The translations under genes were made by a program, and so were the position numbers. From Gekko japonicus (taxonomy: Eukaryota): 64,000 nt of DNA. Shown one piece after another: positions 1 through 11,470 of the stretch. The notes beneath the pieces were generated by a model. That model worked only from the letters and a program-made list of their open reading frames with translations. It did not search any database and was not told where the DNA came from. The DNA lies in contig NW_015171514.1 of the NCBI RefSeq assembly GCF_001447785.1, forward strand, positions 403,639 to 467,638, read 5' to 3'. The first letter of the stretch is position 1. The number at the start of each line of letters is the position of its first letter.

Positions 1-1304
1 TGTTAATGATACAGAAATATTATTTCTATTTGATTTGCCATAAATATAGGCAAGGAAATTTTTTATTTAAAATTAATCGATAAACAAATCACTAAAATCA
101 ATCAGTAGCTCTTTTATATGTCTGCTTGGAGAAGCTGTTAGGGGCAATATTGATTGATTAACGGAATGGTATATCACTAAAACACTTCCTGCTAATCCCT
201 AGAGCAGTTTGACAAGTGTTTTAAATGTTCCCCTCTTTTTGGCAGTGAGATGAAGACTGAATATAAATGGGAGCTTTTTCTTTTGCATATATACAGTGCT
301 ATCTAGCTACTTATCGATCTACCTATCTACCTGTCTATCTGGGCATGCCTTTAAGTATGATAGGAGTGGCAGGTCTGATGGGTAACCAGCATTCAGTTTG
401 TGTGTTGTATACATCATGCATATTGTGAGGCTAGGAATAAGCCATGCTTACCCCACAGGTGGAAAATGTACTGTGACTTCTTTGTAAATATTGTATCTGT
501 CTCAAGATGATGGCTTAATTACTTCTTAACAGCAGGAGTTGGTCAACTTTAATCATTTTCTATAGTTTTTCCTAGGAACAAGGTGACCATTTTATTGTCA
601 TGGGGATGCATTATGAGAGAGAGAATTTGCACCAAAGTTACAATCTCTTTCTGTCTCAGGAGAGCCTTGCTCTCACCTCCACCCTCCACATCCAGATGTC
701 ATCCCTAATTTCCATTTTGAACAATTATTTCAACTGATGTGTTGCTACAAAATCTTGTGGAAAGCCATGAAAACCAGAGGGCATATTCCTGACCTTAAGT
801 CCTAAGGCAATCTGCTGGTCATTTACGATGAGAAATTTTTCTCCCTCAAGGTTCGCTGGTTTTCTACCCTGAGGGTAGAAGAAAAACTTTCTCTAAAAAG
901 TGAGTTAAATTATAATAGTATAAAAATATATTGTATAATACTCTTGAGATTAAAACCACTGCTTCTATGATTCTATTCTGATGTTAATTGCTGTTGTGAA
1001 GCTCTGGATCTCTCTTAGCAGCTTTTGAAGCAACCAGCATGACTTTCGTTACTGGGCTATCTCCAGGTTTTGATATGTCCCAGGCAAGAGACCTGCAGCC
1101 TCTGGATTCCTCTTTCCTCTCCTAACAGGTCAAGCAACTATAGGCAGCAACTGCAGCATCACTGGGCAAGGGTAAAATGCCAGTTCCAAGGGCTTTGGTT
1201 GCCAGTGGGCTTCTGCCAGGCCATGAGCTTCAGCAGGTACAAAGCCTGTCCTCAGCACTAGGCCTGCAAACACTCCAAAACATAAGCTAAAGTTTTAAGC
1301 CTTT

Positions 1305-1740
1305 GGCCCCAGTCACACGCGAGGATTTGGGCCGGGAGAGGGACGGATCGGATGCGTGGCAAATGGGCGCGATCCCACGGCAACATCTGGGAAGCGTTGC
1401 CTGCCCGTCACCGATCCGTCCCTCCCGCCCAAAACCCCACACCAAAAAAGAACCACCTACCTGGGTGGTTCATCCGGAAAGGCCGCGGCAAGTGCGGCCG
1501 GGGGATCGTCGGCGCGTCCTTTCGCCGGCGCATCCCCAGCTCCTGGCTGAACTGCACATGTGTGAGCATGCGCAGTTCGCCAGCCTCCCCCTCCCACCGT
1601 CGCTTTCTTCCCAGCATCTGATCGTGCCGGGGAGCAACGGCGCCAGGGATCCGTGGGATCCCGCCGTGGCATCTGTAGTTTGGTGTGGCTCAGATTAGCC
1701 GCACTTCTACTGTCTTTTTTCCTGCCGTGTGGCAGGGACC
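1305..1740. mobile_element. CpG-rich non-autonomous DNA transposon, PIF/Harbinger-like MITE
   Basis: Imperfect TIRs GGCCCCAGTCACACG / CGTGTGGCAGGGACC, flanked by TTT and TTA. The left end is identical to one end of the 33164-33662 element. Confidence 0.7.
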
Positions 1741-1865
1741 TTAGTAGAGCAAATTAAGTAACTGTATATTGTATTGATTGAGCTCCTGGCTGTTGATTGT
1801 ATTGATCAAGCCCCCGGCCTTGCCTCCCACTTTTTGCCATTTCAGGAATTTAGGCTATAAGGGTG

Positions 1866-2076
1866 GGCGGGGCTGTGGCTCAGTGGTAGAGCATCTCCTT
1901 GGCATGCAGAAGGTCCCAAGTTCAATCCCTGGCATTTCCAGTGTAAAAGATCAGGTAGGAGGTAATATGAAAGACGTCTGCCTGAGACTGTTGGAGAGCC
2001 TCTGCCTGTTTGAGTACACAGTACTGACTTTGATGGGCCAATGCTCTGATTCAGTATAAGGAAGCTTAATGTGTTC
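1866..2076 (+). mobile_element. tRNA-derived SINE with CR1-like 3' end (Squam2-like)
   Basis: A box TGGCTCAGTGG and B box AGTTCAATCCC; 3' end ...ctgattcagtataaggaagcttaatgtgttc. Confidence 0.75.
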
Positions 2077-2865
2077 AAGGGTGGAACCACATGGGTAACA
2101 CCAAAACCAGCAGCTCTACATCTCCTCTTCCTCTTTCCCCCATGAACAGATCAAGCAAAATGCATGATATGACTCCATTGTAACCCGGTGTTTCCCTCCC
2201 ACACAAGCATCAGCCCATATCAAGCCATTAATTAGCTTTTTACTGCAAAATACGGGGGAAAGTGGAGGAGCCACAGGTCTGTGGCTTTCTCTTTCATGCA
2301 TCCCCTCCCTAAGCCCCACTCAGTGTCCACAAAACTTGCATCGGTTAGGGTAGCACATCTTCTGATGTCTAAGTTCTCACAACACACCACAAACACAGAT
2401 TTCAAGCTGCTAGAGATTTTTACATTTCATATGTGGAAACAAAACTAATGGTTTTCCCCAAAAAAATTGTTCAAACAAACAGATAATTTTTTTTAATAGC
2501 CAAAATTACATTGCTGAATATTTGGCTGGTGAAATGATTTCATCTGCTTACAGCGTTCTGTGTATTTTGGCAAAAGAATTGCTTGGGCTGCAAGACCCTT
2601 TTAGCTTTTGCCAGGATGTACAGAGAGAAAAAAATTAAAAGTATTTTCCCAGAAATGTTTTTCAGGTGGAGAAGGTAAAGAGGAGCACAGAAGGGAAATA
2701 AATGTCATGGCGCCATAGGTGTTTCTGAAGCAGTAGGTAGAAAGGGCAGCTGGAAGGAGGACAGTAGAGGCCCATGCTGACGATACTCACCTGCCACTCA
2801 GATGAATGCCACTCACTGGCCACTGTGGGGCAGCAGTCAAGTGGAGAGGCAAGATGGTGCTAAGA

Positions 2866-3431
2866 TAGAGTTGCCAGCTCTGGGCTGGGAAATACCTGGA
2901 GATTTTGGGGGTGGAGCCTGAGAAGGGCAGAATTGGGTGAGGGGAGGGACTTCAGGGGGTTATAATGCAATAGAATCTACCTTCCAAAGCAGTCATTTTC
3001 TCCAGGTGAACTAGGGTTGCCAAGTCCGAAGCGGCGCTGGAGCAGGGGACTCCAGTGCCGCTCCAGGAGTGCGCGCACGCGCACTGCAACCACGTCACCC
3101 GGAAGTGACGTGACCACGCCGGGCACGCTGGGGCGGGGCCACAACCATCCGAGGGAAAACCATAGAGTTTTCCCTCGGATGACTGTGGCCACGCCCCCAG
3201 CATGCCCGGCGTCGTCGTGTCGCTTCCAGGTGACGTGCACGTCGCGTACTTTGGGGGTGGGGTTCCCCCCGGGGCCCGATCCGCCGGCGGAGGGGAATGG
3301 GCCTCTGGGGCAGGGGTTTCCCCGCCCCCCGGGGGGACTTGGCAAGCCTAAGGTGAACAGATCTCTGTTGCCGGGAGATCTGTTGTAATCCCAAGAGATT
3401 TCCAGCTACCACCTGGAGGCTGGCAACCATA
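2866..3431. mobile_element. Older hAT-type MITE (TAGRGTTGCCA termini) interrupted by a younger MITE
   Basis: Termini TAGAGTTGCCAG / CTGGCAACCATA; body homologous to the copies at 49643-50260. Confidence 0.7.
3012..3350. mobile_element. CpG-rich hAT MITE with internal hairpin
   Basis: TIRs TAGGGTTGCCAAGT / ACTTGGCAAGCCTA; perfect 8-bp TSD AGGTGAAC at 3004-3011 and 3351-3358. Confidence 0.9.
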
Positions 3432-3725
3432 GGGGAAGATGAGCACATTCTACTGCCAACTCTGTTAGCCAGCAGCTATGGGAGTGGTTGCAGTCTTCAT
3501 GGTATGAGATACGTGTCTTTCTGGACTGCCATAGGCCTTTGAGCAAGATAGGCCTCGCATTAGGTGGATTAGGCCCTCCCTTGGTCGCCGCTTGCTGGTT
3601 GTAATGGGCAAGTACGGTTTCATTTCCTGAATGTGGCCATTATTTGCTAACTAGCATTGGATTACGAAAACAAATACTGTTCCACGGTTGTGATTGGATT
3701 ACGAAGACAAATACTGTTCCAATTT

Positions 3726-3890
3726 ATGGTAACCCCATAGGGTTCTCAAAGCTAGAGATAGAGGTGGTTTGCCATTGTCTACTTCGGCATAGTAATGCTG
3801 AACTTTCTTGGTGGTCTCATGTCCAAGTACTAACCAGGAAAAGCCTGCTTAGCTTCCAAGATGTGACAAGATTGGGCTAGCCTGGGCCAG
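3726..3890 (-). mobile_element. 5S rRNA-derived SINE (degenerate)
   Basis: Reverse complement contains the 5S internal control region-like GGAAGCTAAGCAGG...CTGGTTAGTACTTGGA. Confidence 0.7.
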
Positions 3891-4239
3891 TCACCTCACT
3901 GTAAAATGATTCCTAATGTTTGAATTTCCCCCCCAGTCACTCTTTCACATGTGTAATGGTGAAAAAAATGCAATGGGTTGGAAGTGTTTTTAGCTTGTTT
4001 TTCCTTTTGCCACATTAGTGATAGTAGTACTGCTGTATGTCAGTTTTTTGCAAAGACCTGCTGATTATCCAAGACTATTTTCTGTTCATGATCCCCTTTA
4101 AGACAGATTAGCATGAAGTTGCTTTATGCTGTCAGACGGTTGGTCTGTTATGGTCTGTTATAGTCTGTATTGTCTTTTCTGACTGACAGAGCTCTTCAGT
4201 GTCTCAGACAGAGGGTTTTTTACATAACCATGTTCCATT

Positions 4240-4722
4240 TACACTGTCTTGTTCCACCTACATTGGCTCCTAGTTTGCTTCTGGGCCCAATTCAAGTTGC
4301 TGGCATTGACCTTTAAAGCTCTGTACAGCTTGGGGCCAACATACCTCAAGGACCGTCTACCTGACATCTGTGGTCATCTTCAGAGGCCCCGCTTTGGGTG
4401 TCCCTGCTATCTAAAGCTAGCTGGGTGGCAGCCGAATAAAGCACCTTATTAGTAGTGTCACCAACCCTATGGAATTCCCCAGGGAAATTCCTCTCTCCAT
4501 TTCCATCACCGTCTTCACCAGTGGGTGAAGATGTTTTGCTTTGTTTGCCATTTCCCAAATAACCCTTCATTGCATTAATGTGCTTTAATGTTTTGCTTAG
4601 TGTTTGCTTTTGTTTGTGTGTGTGAAAACTTTAATTTTTCAGTTGTTCACTCACCTGGGAACCCTAGTTTGGGTGGAAAGGCGGCATTAAAATGGCTTAA
4701 ATAAAATAAATAAATAAAATAA
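4240..4722 (+). mobile_element. L2 LINE 3' fragment inserted into a minus-strand tRNA SINE (halves at ~4110-4225 and ~4723-4810)
   Basis: Translates to LHWLLVCFWAQFKLLALTFKALYSLGPTYLKDRL, typical of the L2 ORF2 C-terminus; (TAAA)n tail. Confidence 0.8.
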
Positions 4723-6638
4723 CCTTCTACCTGACCCTTGTAACCAGAGACAAGGGTACCGAACTTTCCACATGGAAAGAAAATACTCTATCACTGAGCT
4801 GTGGCTTCTCCCACCTAGAATAACAGAAGGATCAATATATTTTAAGTTATTTAACATACATATGTAATGTACACATACTGGGTTTTGTTTCTTCTGCAGT
4901 ATATTAAAGCATCAAAAATGAGATCAAAACAGAAGAGAAATTTAATATTCTCTCTCTACTTCCCCCCCCCATGTGACCTGAGAAACTTGATGAAAGATTG
5001 AACATTTTCCTGAGAACCAAAAATGTGCAGGCCAAGTTGGCAGATGCCTTATGCTTCTCTTGCAATGTGTCATTTCTTTTATTTGATTATTTGCATTCTA
5101 CTTGAAGCAGGATATTAGGAAATCTATTTCAGCCTGTTCCAGCATGGCATATGTTTATATCTGGACTCTGTAATACTCTCCATTCACCAGCCTGAAACCT
5201 TCTGAATAATCGTAGTCTTCGGGGGGGGGGGGCACCTCTTCTGCCTGCAGCCAATCAGAAGTCAAGGCATGGGTCCCAACGGCACAGGAAAGTCACCACA
5301 AATACCCATTGCTGGTTCCGGTCAGCACTTGGGATATGACTCATCTTCTCTGAGGGAAGGCTTCGAATCATATGGCTTGAAGGGGTGGCAGCTATTAATT
5401 GTCCCCTTCCATGTAGACTTTAAGGATATGACTGCCCTTCATTTTTGCCAAGACCCATCCATATCTGCAAAGACTTTAGAGAACAGCAGCTGCAGTGAGA
5501 GCATTATGAGATCCATACCAGTAGCTCCCCCACAATACATGTGCATGTCATTTCTGTAAGCCCCATACCACAGACTCCTGTGGCACTCCGTTTTTAATAA
5601 TAGGGGCCCTCTTTTCTAATAGCTCCTGTATGTTGGAGTTTGATGCCTTTTTTATTAGAAATCTGGGTAATCCACATTTGGGATGTTGCCCAAAACTAAA
5701 CCGTTATGCCAAAACATTTTCAGAAACCAAATACAAAGCCTGGATAATAAGACACACAACGTGGTGTAACACATCCAGACTTCTTAAAAAAGAAAAAGAA
5801 ACAGACCCTTGAATTTCTGCCTAAATTGTAATCCTTTCCTTCATCAGTAGAGAGCTTGCCTGTAAGATAGATATATATAATTCATGGCTTTAAAATGTCA
5901 GTATAAATGTGGCTTGGTTTTTGAAAGGGCGAGCAGATTGTTTCAAACCACATGAAAGTCTATCCTTCTCTTCATGTGAGACGCTGGTCAATTATACAGT
6001 GGTGAACACCATATCATAAAATCAGACTCTGGAATGATTGCAAACTTCAGCTGAACAGACACTGCAGATTCTCATTAACATACATCCAGCTATTAATAGT
6101 GAAAGACATTTTATACTCCTGAGGAACACAGAGGCAGCAGCAAAGATTAGAAAGAAAGAGTAATGGGAAGACGTTCTTTGGGAAGAAACTACAAGATCAT
6201 GTAAGGGTGAAGAGAAACAAAGCACTTTTAGGGGAGTGGGGGGGCTGTTCTGGAAGTGCTGTCACTGCATTCAGTACAAATGTATCTTTCTCACACCGCT
6301 GTCATGCTCTTAAAAAACAATAACAAGGTTCTGCAAGTTTGCACTGAGAGCTTTCCATTCACAAGTACTAATTGGCTAGTATCTGTAGAGTCACCAAGAC
6401 AGCTTCTTCACAGTTCCTCTAACACCTTTGCAGTTATTAAAAATGTATCCAGCTTAAAAAATGAGGTGAAAGATGAACGTATAAATAGATGGGAAAATGT
6501 GTGATGTGGCACAAGGAAGGGCCAAGGCTTATAAAATGTATATTTGACACAAAAATGGTGATTCTAGCTGGAAGACCACTTAATGCTGCAGGTGAAGCAC
6601 CCACTGTGGCTTCTCTTTCAGTGTGCTCTGTGTCTGTA

Positions 6639-6990
6639 TGTGTGTGTTTGTGTGTGTGTGTGTTAAGTGCCGTCAAAGTTGTTTCCAACATACGACGGCC
6701 CTCTGAATGAATATCTTCCAAAATGTCCTATCATTAATCGCCTTACTCAGGTCTTACAAACTGAGGACTGTGGCTTCCTTGATTGAGTCAATCCATCTCC
6801 TGTTGGGTCTTCCCCTTTTCCTGCTGCCTTCAACTTTTCCAAGCGTTATTGTCTTTTCTAGGGACTTTTGTATTGTCATAATGTGACCAAAGTACGGTAA
6901 TCTTAGTTTGGTCATTTTAGCTTCTAGGAAGAGTTCAGGCTTGATTTGATCTAGAACTCACTGATTTGTCTTTTTGACTGTCCATGATGC
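6639..6990 (-). mobile_element. RTE-clade LINE 3' fragment
   Basis: Minus strand reads WTVKKTNQ*VLDQIKPELFLEAKMTKLRLPYFGHIM...LEKTITLGKVEGSRKRGRPNRRWIDSIKEA; ends ttgacggcactt-(AC)n. Confidence 0.85.
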
Positions 6991-7298
6991 ACTCCTCATA
7001 TTATTCCTATTCTCATAGACTGTGGGCCAAAATCTGATATGACAAGACCATCATTTGTCTGCCCATGTGGCAGTGGGTATACGTGTCTCATTTTAGCAGT
7101 AAAAGAGCACATAAGAACAGGTCTCCAAATCTATCCCCCTGACCTCATTCATTCGTGGTAGATTGTTTTTAGGCAGTTTTCTGTTTTCTCTACTCTTAAC
7201 ACCAGATGTGAGCTAAGAAAGGTAAGGGGAAAGAAGGTGCTGAAGGAGTGAAAATTAGCATATCTCTCCTATGTGTTCCGCTGTATACTCACTAAGTG

Positions 7299-7384
<86 letters not shown>
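7299..7384. repeat. (GTCT)n(CT)n compound microsatellite
   Basis: Read directly from the sequence. Confidence 0.95.
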
Positions 7385-7386
<2 letters not shown>

Positions 7387-7697
7387 ATCAGACTCATTTC
7401 ATTCTGGTGACTATCTCATAACAGACCATTCTTTTGCCACCTCCATGCTGAAAACCAGAAAACTGGTGGCTCCCTCACACCCAGAGAGAGGAGATCTCAA
7501 AATTGGGTTATAGTGCAAGTTGAGGAGCTCATCAGAGGATTTTTTAAAATAGTCCAAATCACTGTAGTGGCCTTGCACCAAAAGCCATTTTGTAGACTGC
7601 AGATTACGTTAGGATCAAGACATAAACTGTACTAGCAGATTTCAAATCAATGGCTTTCAGTGGTACCGTGCCATTTATACTGGCTATATTGCAAACA

Positions 7698-7893
7698 TTT
7701 TATTTATTTCTTTATGCCCTGCATTTCTCTCCTTCATTTTACCTTCACAACAACCCTGTGAAGTAGGTTAGGCTAACAGCATGTAACTGGCCCAAGGTTC
7801 AGCCAGCAAGCTTCCACGGCAGAGTGGGGATTCAAACCTAGGACTCCCAGATCCTAGTCCAACACTCTGATGTCTACACTACGCTGCCTCTCT
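7698..7893 (-). mobile_element. tRNA/CORE SINE (Squam3-like)
   Basis: Reverse complement starts GAGAGGCAGCGTAGTGTAG, has B box GGTTTGAATCCC and a TAAA tail. Confidence 0.75.
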
Positions 7894-9079
7894 CTTGAAT
7901 GGTCCTCAAGCATGTTGGCAGGCTCCTTGGTTCCTGGGCTAGTCATGAGTAGGCATCCTGTGCCCCATACAGGCCTCTGCATATCATAGCAAAACATCCT
8001 CAGTATGGTGCATTAGACTCTTGGACTGCTGACTTACTAGAAACATGAACCTTATTGAAGGGGGTTTACATTCAGCTGGCTTGGCACGTAGTAACCTCAT
8101 GTACATCAAGTGTTTTACGTTGTCAGTGGTGGGGCTCTTAAAGCTATTATTCCAAAAGCTACCGCAGCAAATTCCAGATTAAAGCTGACAAACTCCAGGA
8201 CTAGTGAGAACTTCAAGTGAGCCAGAAGGGCCTGCAAATGAGTAGCCTAGCAACTTCCCCCAGAGGAGACCAGGATAAGCTACCACTGTCCCTCTTCAGA
8301 CTATGATGTAAAAGTTTCCTTTTCTGAGAGTTCAGTCATTCCCATGATGATCAGTAAGGAGAAAAACAACCAGCAGAACTCCAGGTGCTTGTGTGAGCCT
8401 TACAGTCTAGTCAACAATGCAGCTGAGCTTGTGTACTTTTTAATTTTGTAAAGATGGTTCTGCCTCCCTGGAATTTCTATCCCTCTGAAATTCGGCAGGA
8501 TTAAATCAGATTAAATTCTAAGTACTTAGAATAAACTGATACAAATTTGGTGTGTTCTTCAGCATAACGAGTTTATTCACTGATCTGGTCTGTGTGTTTA
8601 AATACAGACTTTGGATAGAGGAGAGACTCTTGGAGGATTTTTATATACAAAGCTAGGCAAAGCTACAACTTTAATGACTTTCTTTACTTAGCACTACATG
8701 TACAGCCATACATTTAAATAAATACCTGCAGTTGCTATTTGGAAACAAGGACAAGCCCTGTGACACTTTTCATTCACACCGATAGCCTGGAAACCATAGC
8801 AAAAATAACCAAAATGTAGTAACATTACAAAATTTCCAAAAGTGTCAAGCTTGGACTTTCTTGAGTCTCTAGTAAGAGGAAGTTCATCATCGTGGCTTCT
8901 GTGCAGGCACACATGGGACTACATGACTGCAGCCCAGCCACAGAGAAGAGCTTTCAAGCTTTTCTGAAGAAGTTTCTAGGGTCTGGAGCAGGGCAGAAGA
9001 CTCGACCTGCTGGGAAGGAAGCTCTACTTCTCTGGGGCTATGGGACTGAGGGTGACTAATTTTACAGTGGTCATGGGCC

Positions 9080-11470
9080 ACTACCAAATGTTGCTATGGG
9101 AAAAGATGTCACAGTTTCTGGAGTTGCTGCCTGTTGATAAGCAGAATGTGGCTAAGGTCCTCATTAGGTAAAGGCTCAAAAGCCTCATTACAGAAGGACA
9201 AAAGTTAGTGAAACAGCAGCTCAGTGCCGCAAGGCATGGAGCAGATCGTAATAGCAGGTGAATGGCCTCTGGCATTGCCATACGGAGATATTCATGGTTA
9301 TGCTTCTCAGCTCTTTTGCCCAAATAGAGGATCTCCCATTTGAAGGTCAAGACCTATTCAATGACCAGACCAATGTGGTTTTGGATCATATCAGGAAGAA
9401 CAAGTTCAGCCAAATCCTTGGACATAATCCCTACATCATCGACACCTTTTAAACAAAGATACTTCGCAAGGCATACCCAGAGGTATCCCCAATTGAGGTC
9501 CTATCATGCACTGGACTATAGATACTGGGATCCCTCCACTCCTCCAGCAGGGCTTCAGGCCTCCTTATACTCAGTAATCCCAGCCCAAGAGGCAGAGTAG
9601 ACAACGGGGAAGAAACCCCTCCCAATCCTCTAGGGGCCAGCACTCTAGAAGTGCCCCATCCACCTGACTAGGTTCTGACTATTGGTTTTTGGATAGGTTA
9701 TCCAAGTTATTTTATAAGTGGTGCCAAGTTATGGTTGATGATGGGTGTTATCCATAATAAAAAGAAGTTATTTTTGGATTTCACATCATTGCCTCCGCTT
9801 GGATACTCTCTGGCCCTGTCCTGTAACCCGTCCCCCTATCTAACACAGGAATTCTCCTCTTTATTCACTAAAGGAGCAATTACAAAGCTCACTCCTGAGG
9901 AATGATTAAAGGGCTTCTTTTCTAGATATTTCGCCATTGACAAAAAAAGGCAGGGGTAAGAGGCCCCTTTTAGACCTAAGATCCCGGACTAAACATTTGA
10001 ATGTCCCAAAGTGTAGGATGTTATCTATATAGGAGGTGATATCTTTTATGGCACCCAGTGTTTGGTTCACCACACTTTAAAGGACGCATACTTCCATATC
10101 TCGATCAACGAGGACAGTAGGAAGTACTTGAGGTTCAACTATTCAGGTACCACCTATGAGTACACACTGCTCCCCTCTGGGCACCTAGAGTATTTACTAA
10201 GTGTGTTGCAGAGTTATAGCTCATTTATAAGGTAGTACAGTGTACCCTTATCTAGATTATTGGCTCTTCATCAATTACTCCCCAGACAGGCTGGTCAAGA
10301 GACTGAGGTTGTCCCTGCACACCATTCAGTCACTGGGTTTTTTGGTAAACTGAGAGAAATCCTGCCTAGCTCCTGTTCAGTCTGTTGACTTCACTGGGAC
10401 CTCTTTACATTCCCTAAAAGGGAAAGCATATTTGCCCCTCCCCAGAACCAAGTTTGTGTTGGCCCTTGTTAAGAAATTTCTGTTCAACAGATACCAGTCA
10501 GCAAAACACATACAAATACTTCTAGGTTATATGGCTTCCACCACTGCAGTGGTCCCATACACTCACTTAAACTTGAGGCCATTGCAAAATTGTTTTATAA
10601 GGAACTTCAATGACCGTTCCAAACCTCACTGGAGGAAACTATATGTCTTGAGAGGTCTCTCCTTTGGTGGTCTCTTGACTACTCTCCTTTGTAAGGACTC
10701 TCCTTTGGTGGTCCCTATCAGAGAACCTCCACAAGGGAATCCCTCTAGGGGTCTAATCCCTGATGCCCATCTCCTCACTGACACTTCACTCACAGGTTGG
10801 GGTGCTCATTGTCAGGGACTAAAGGTGAAAGGGATGTGGGGACTAAGAAAGAATTCACCCTTCACATTAACCTGTTAGAGCTGTGAGCCGTCAAGCTTGC
10901 TCTTGCTTCTTTTACAGAGATCATCAGAGGAAGACACATTCTGGTAGCAACAGACAACATCACAGCTGAACAAGCAGGGAGGCACGAGGTCCCTCCGGCT
11001 GTCCAGAGAGACCACACTCATCTGGCAATGGGCAATAAGGCACAGGGTGCAATTGACAGCTGTTCATATAGCAGGTCTAAACAACACAGCGGCAGATGCC
11101 TTATTAAGGGAACAAGAGTGGTCCGTATCAGACTGCTGTCTGGCTCCCGTCTTCAAGAAATGAGGGAGGGTCCCCCGAGGTATACCTATTTGTGTCAGTA
11201 GACAGCAAAAAAATGCTGTCACTTCTGCTTCAGAGTAGCCACAGGCATAGGCTCTTCCAGTGGCAATGGCATGGCCACCTCTTTTATATGCTTCCGTCTA
11301 TTGGTATCTTCCACAGGGTGAATCCCAAGATAAAGGTCATCATGCATCCTTCTAGCCCCCTTCTGACACAGAAGGGTGTGGTTCCCCACACTATGGAAAC
11401 TGACACATGACATTGCCCCCAGAGGAGGATCTCCTCCACATAGGGCATGTTTGCCATGTAGGAAAACCTA
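9080..11470 (+). mobile_element. Degenerate DIRS1-type retrotransposon: gag remnant, RT, RNase H and MT-like domain; recombinase not seen
   Basis: Frameshifted motifs: gag IRRYSWL..EDLPFEGQDLF; RT GFFSRYF, LDLR, LKDAYFHISI, PRVFTK, YPYLDYWL; RNase H TDTSLTGWGAH, HINLLEL, ATDN, NKQGGTRS, AVHIAGLNNTAADAL; MT-like EVYLFVS..WHGHLFYMLPS..WFP. Confidence 0.85.

Noticed and set aside
120-150. CLEKLLGA resembles the upstream ATP8A2 exon (..YLEKLLLVHGAW..)
   Set aside because: Similarity stops after five residues, and there is no splice acceptor or HGAW motif.
1866-1940. tRNA-like sequence (also at 52880 and 61011)
   Set aside because: These are SINE heads that continue into SINE bodies and have degenerate stems; not tRNA genes.
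3656-3721. 29-bp direct repeat ATTGGATTACGAARACAAATACTGTTCCA x2
   Set aside because: A simple local duplication with no further structure.
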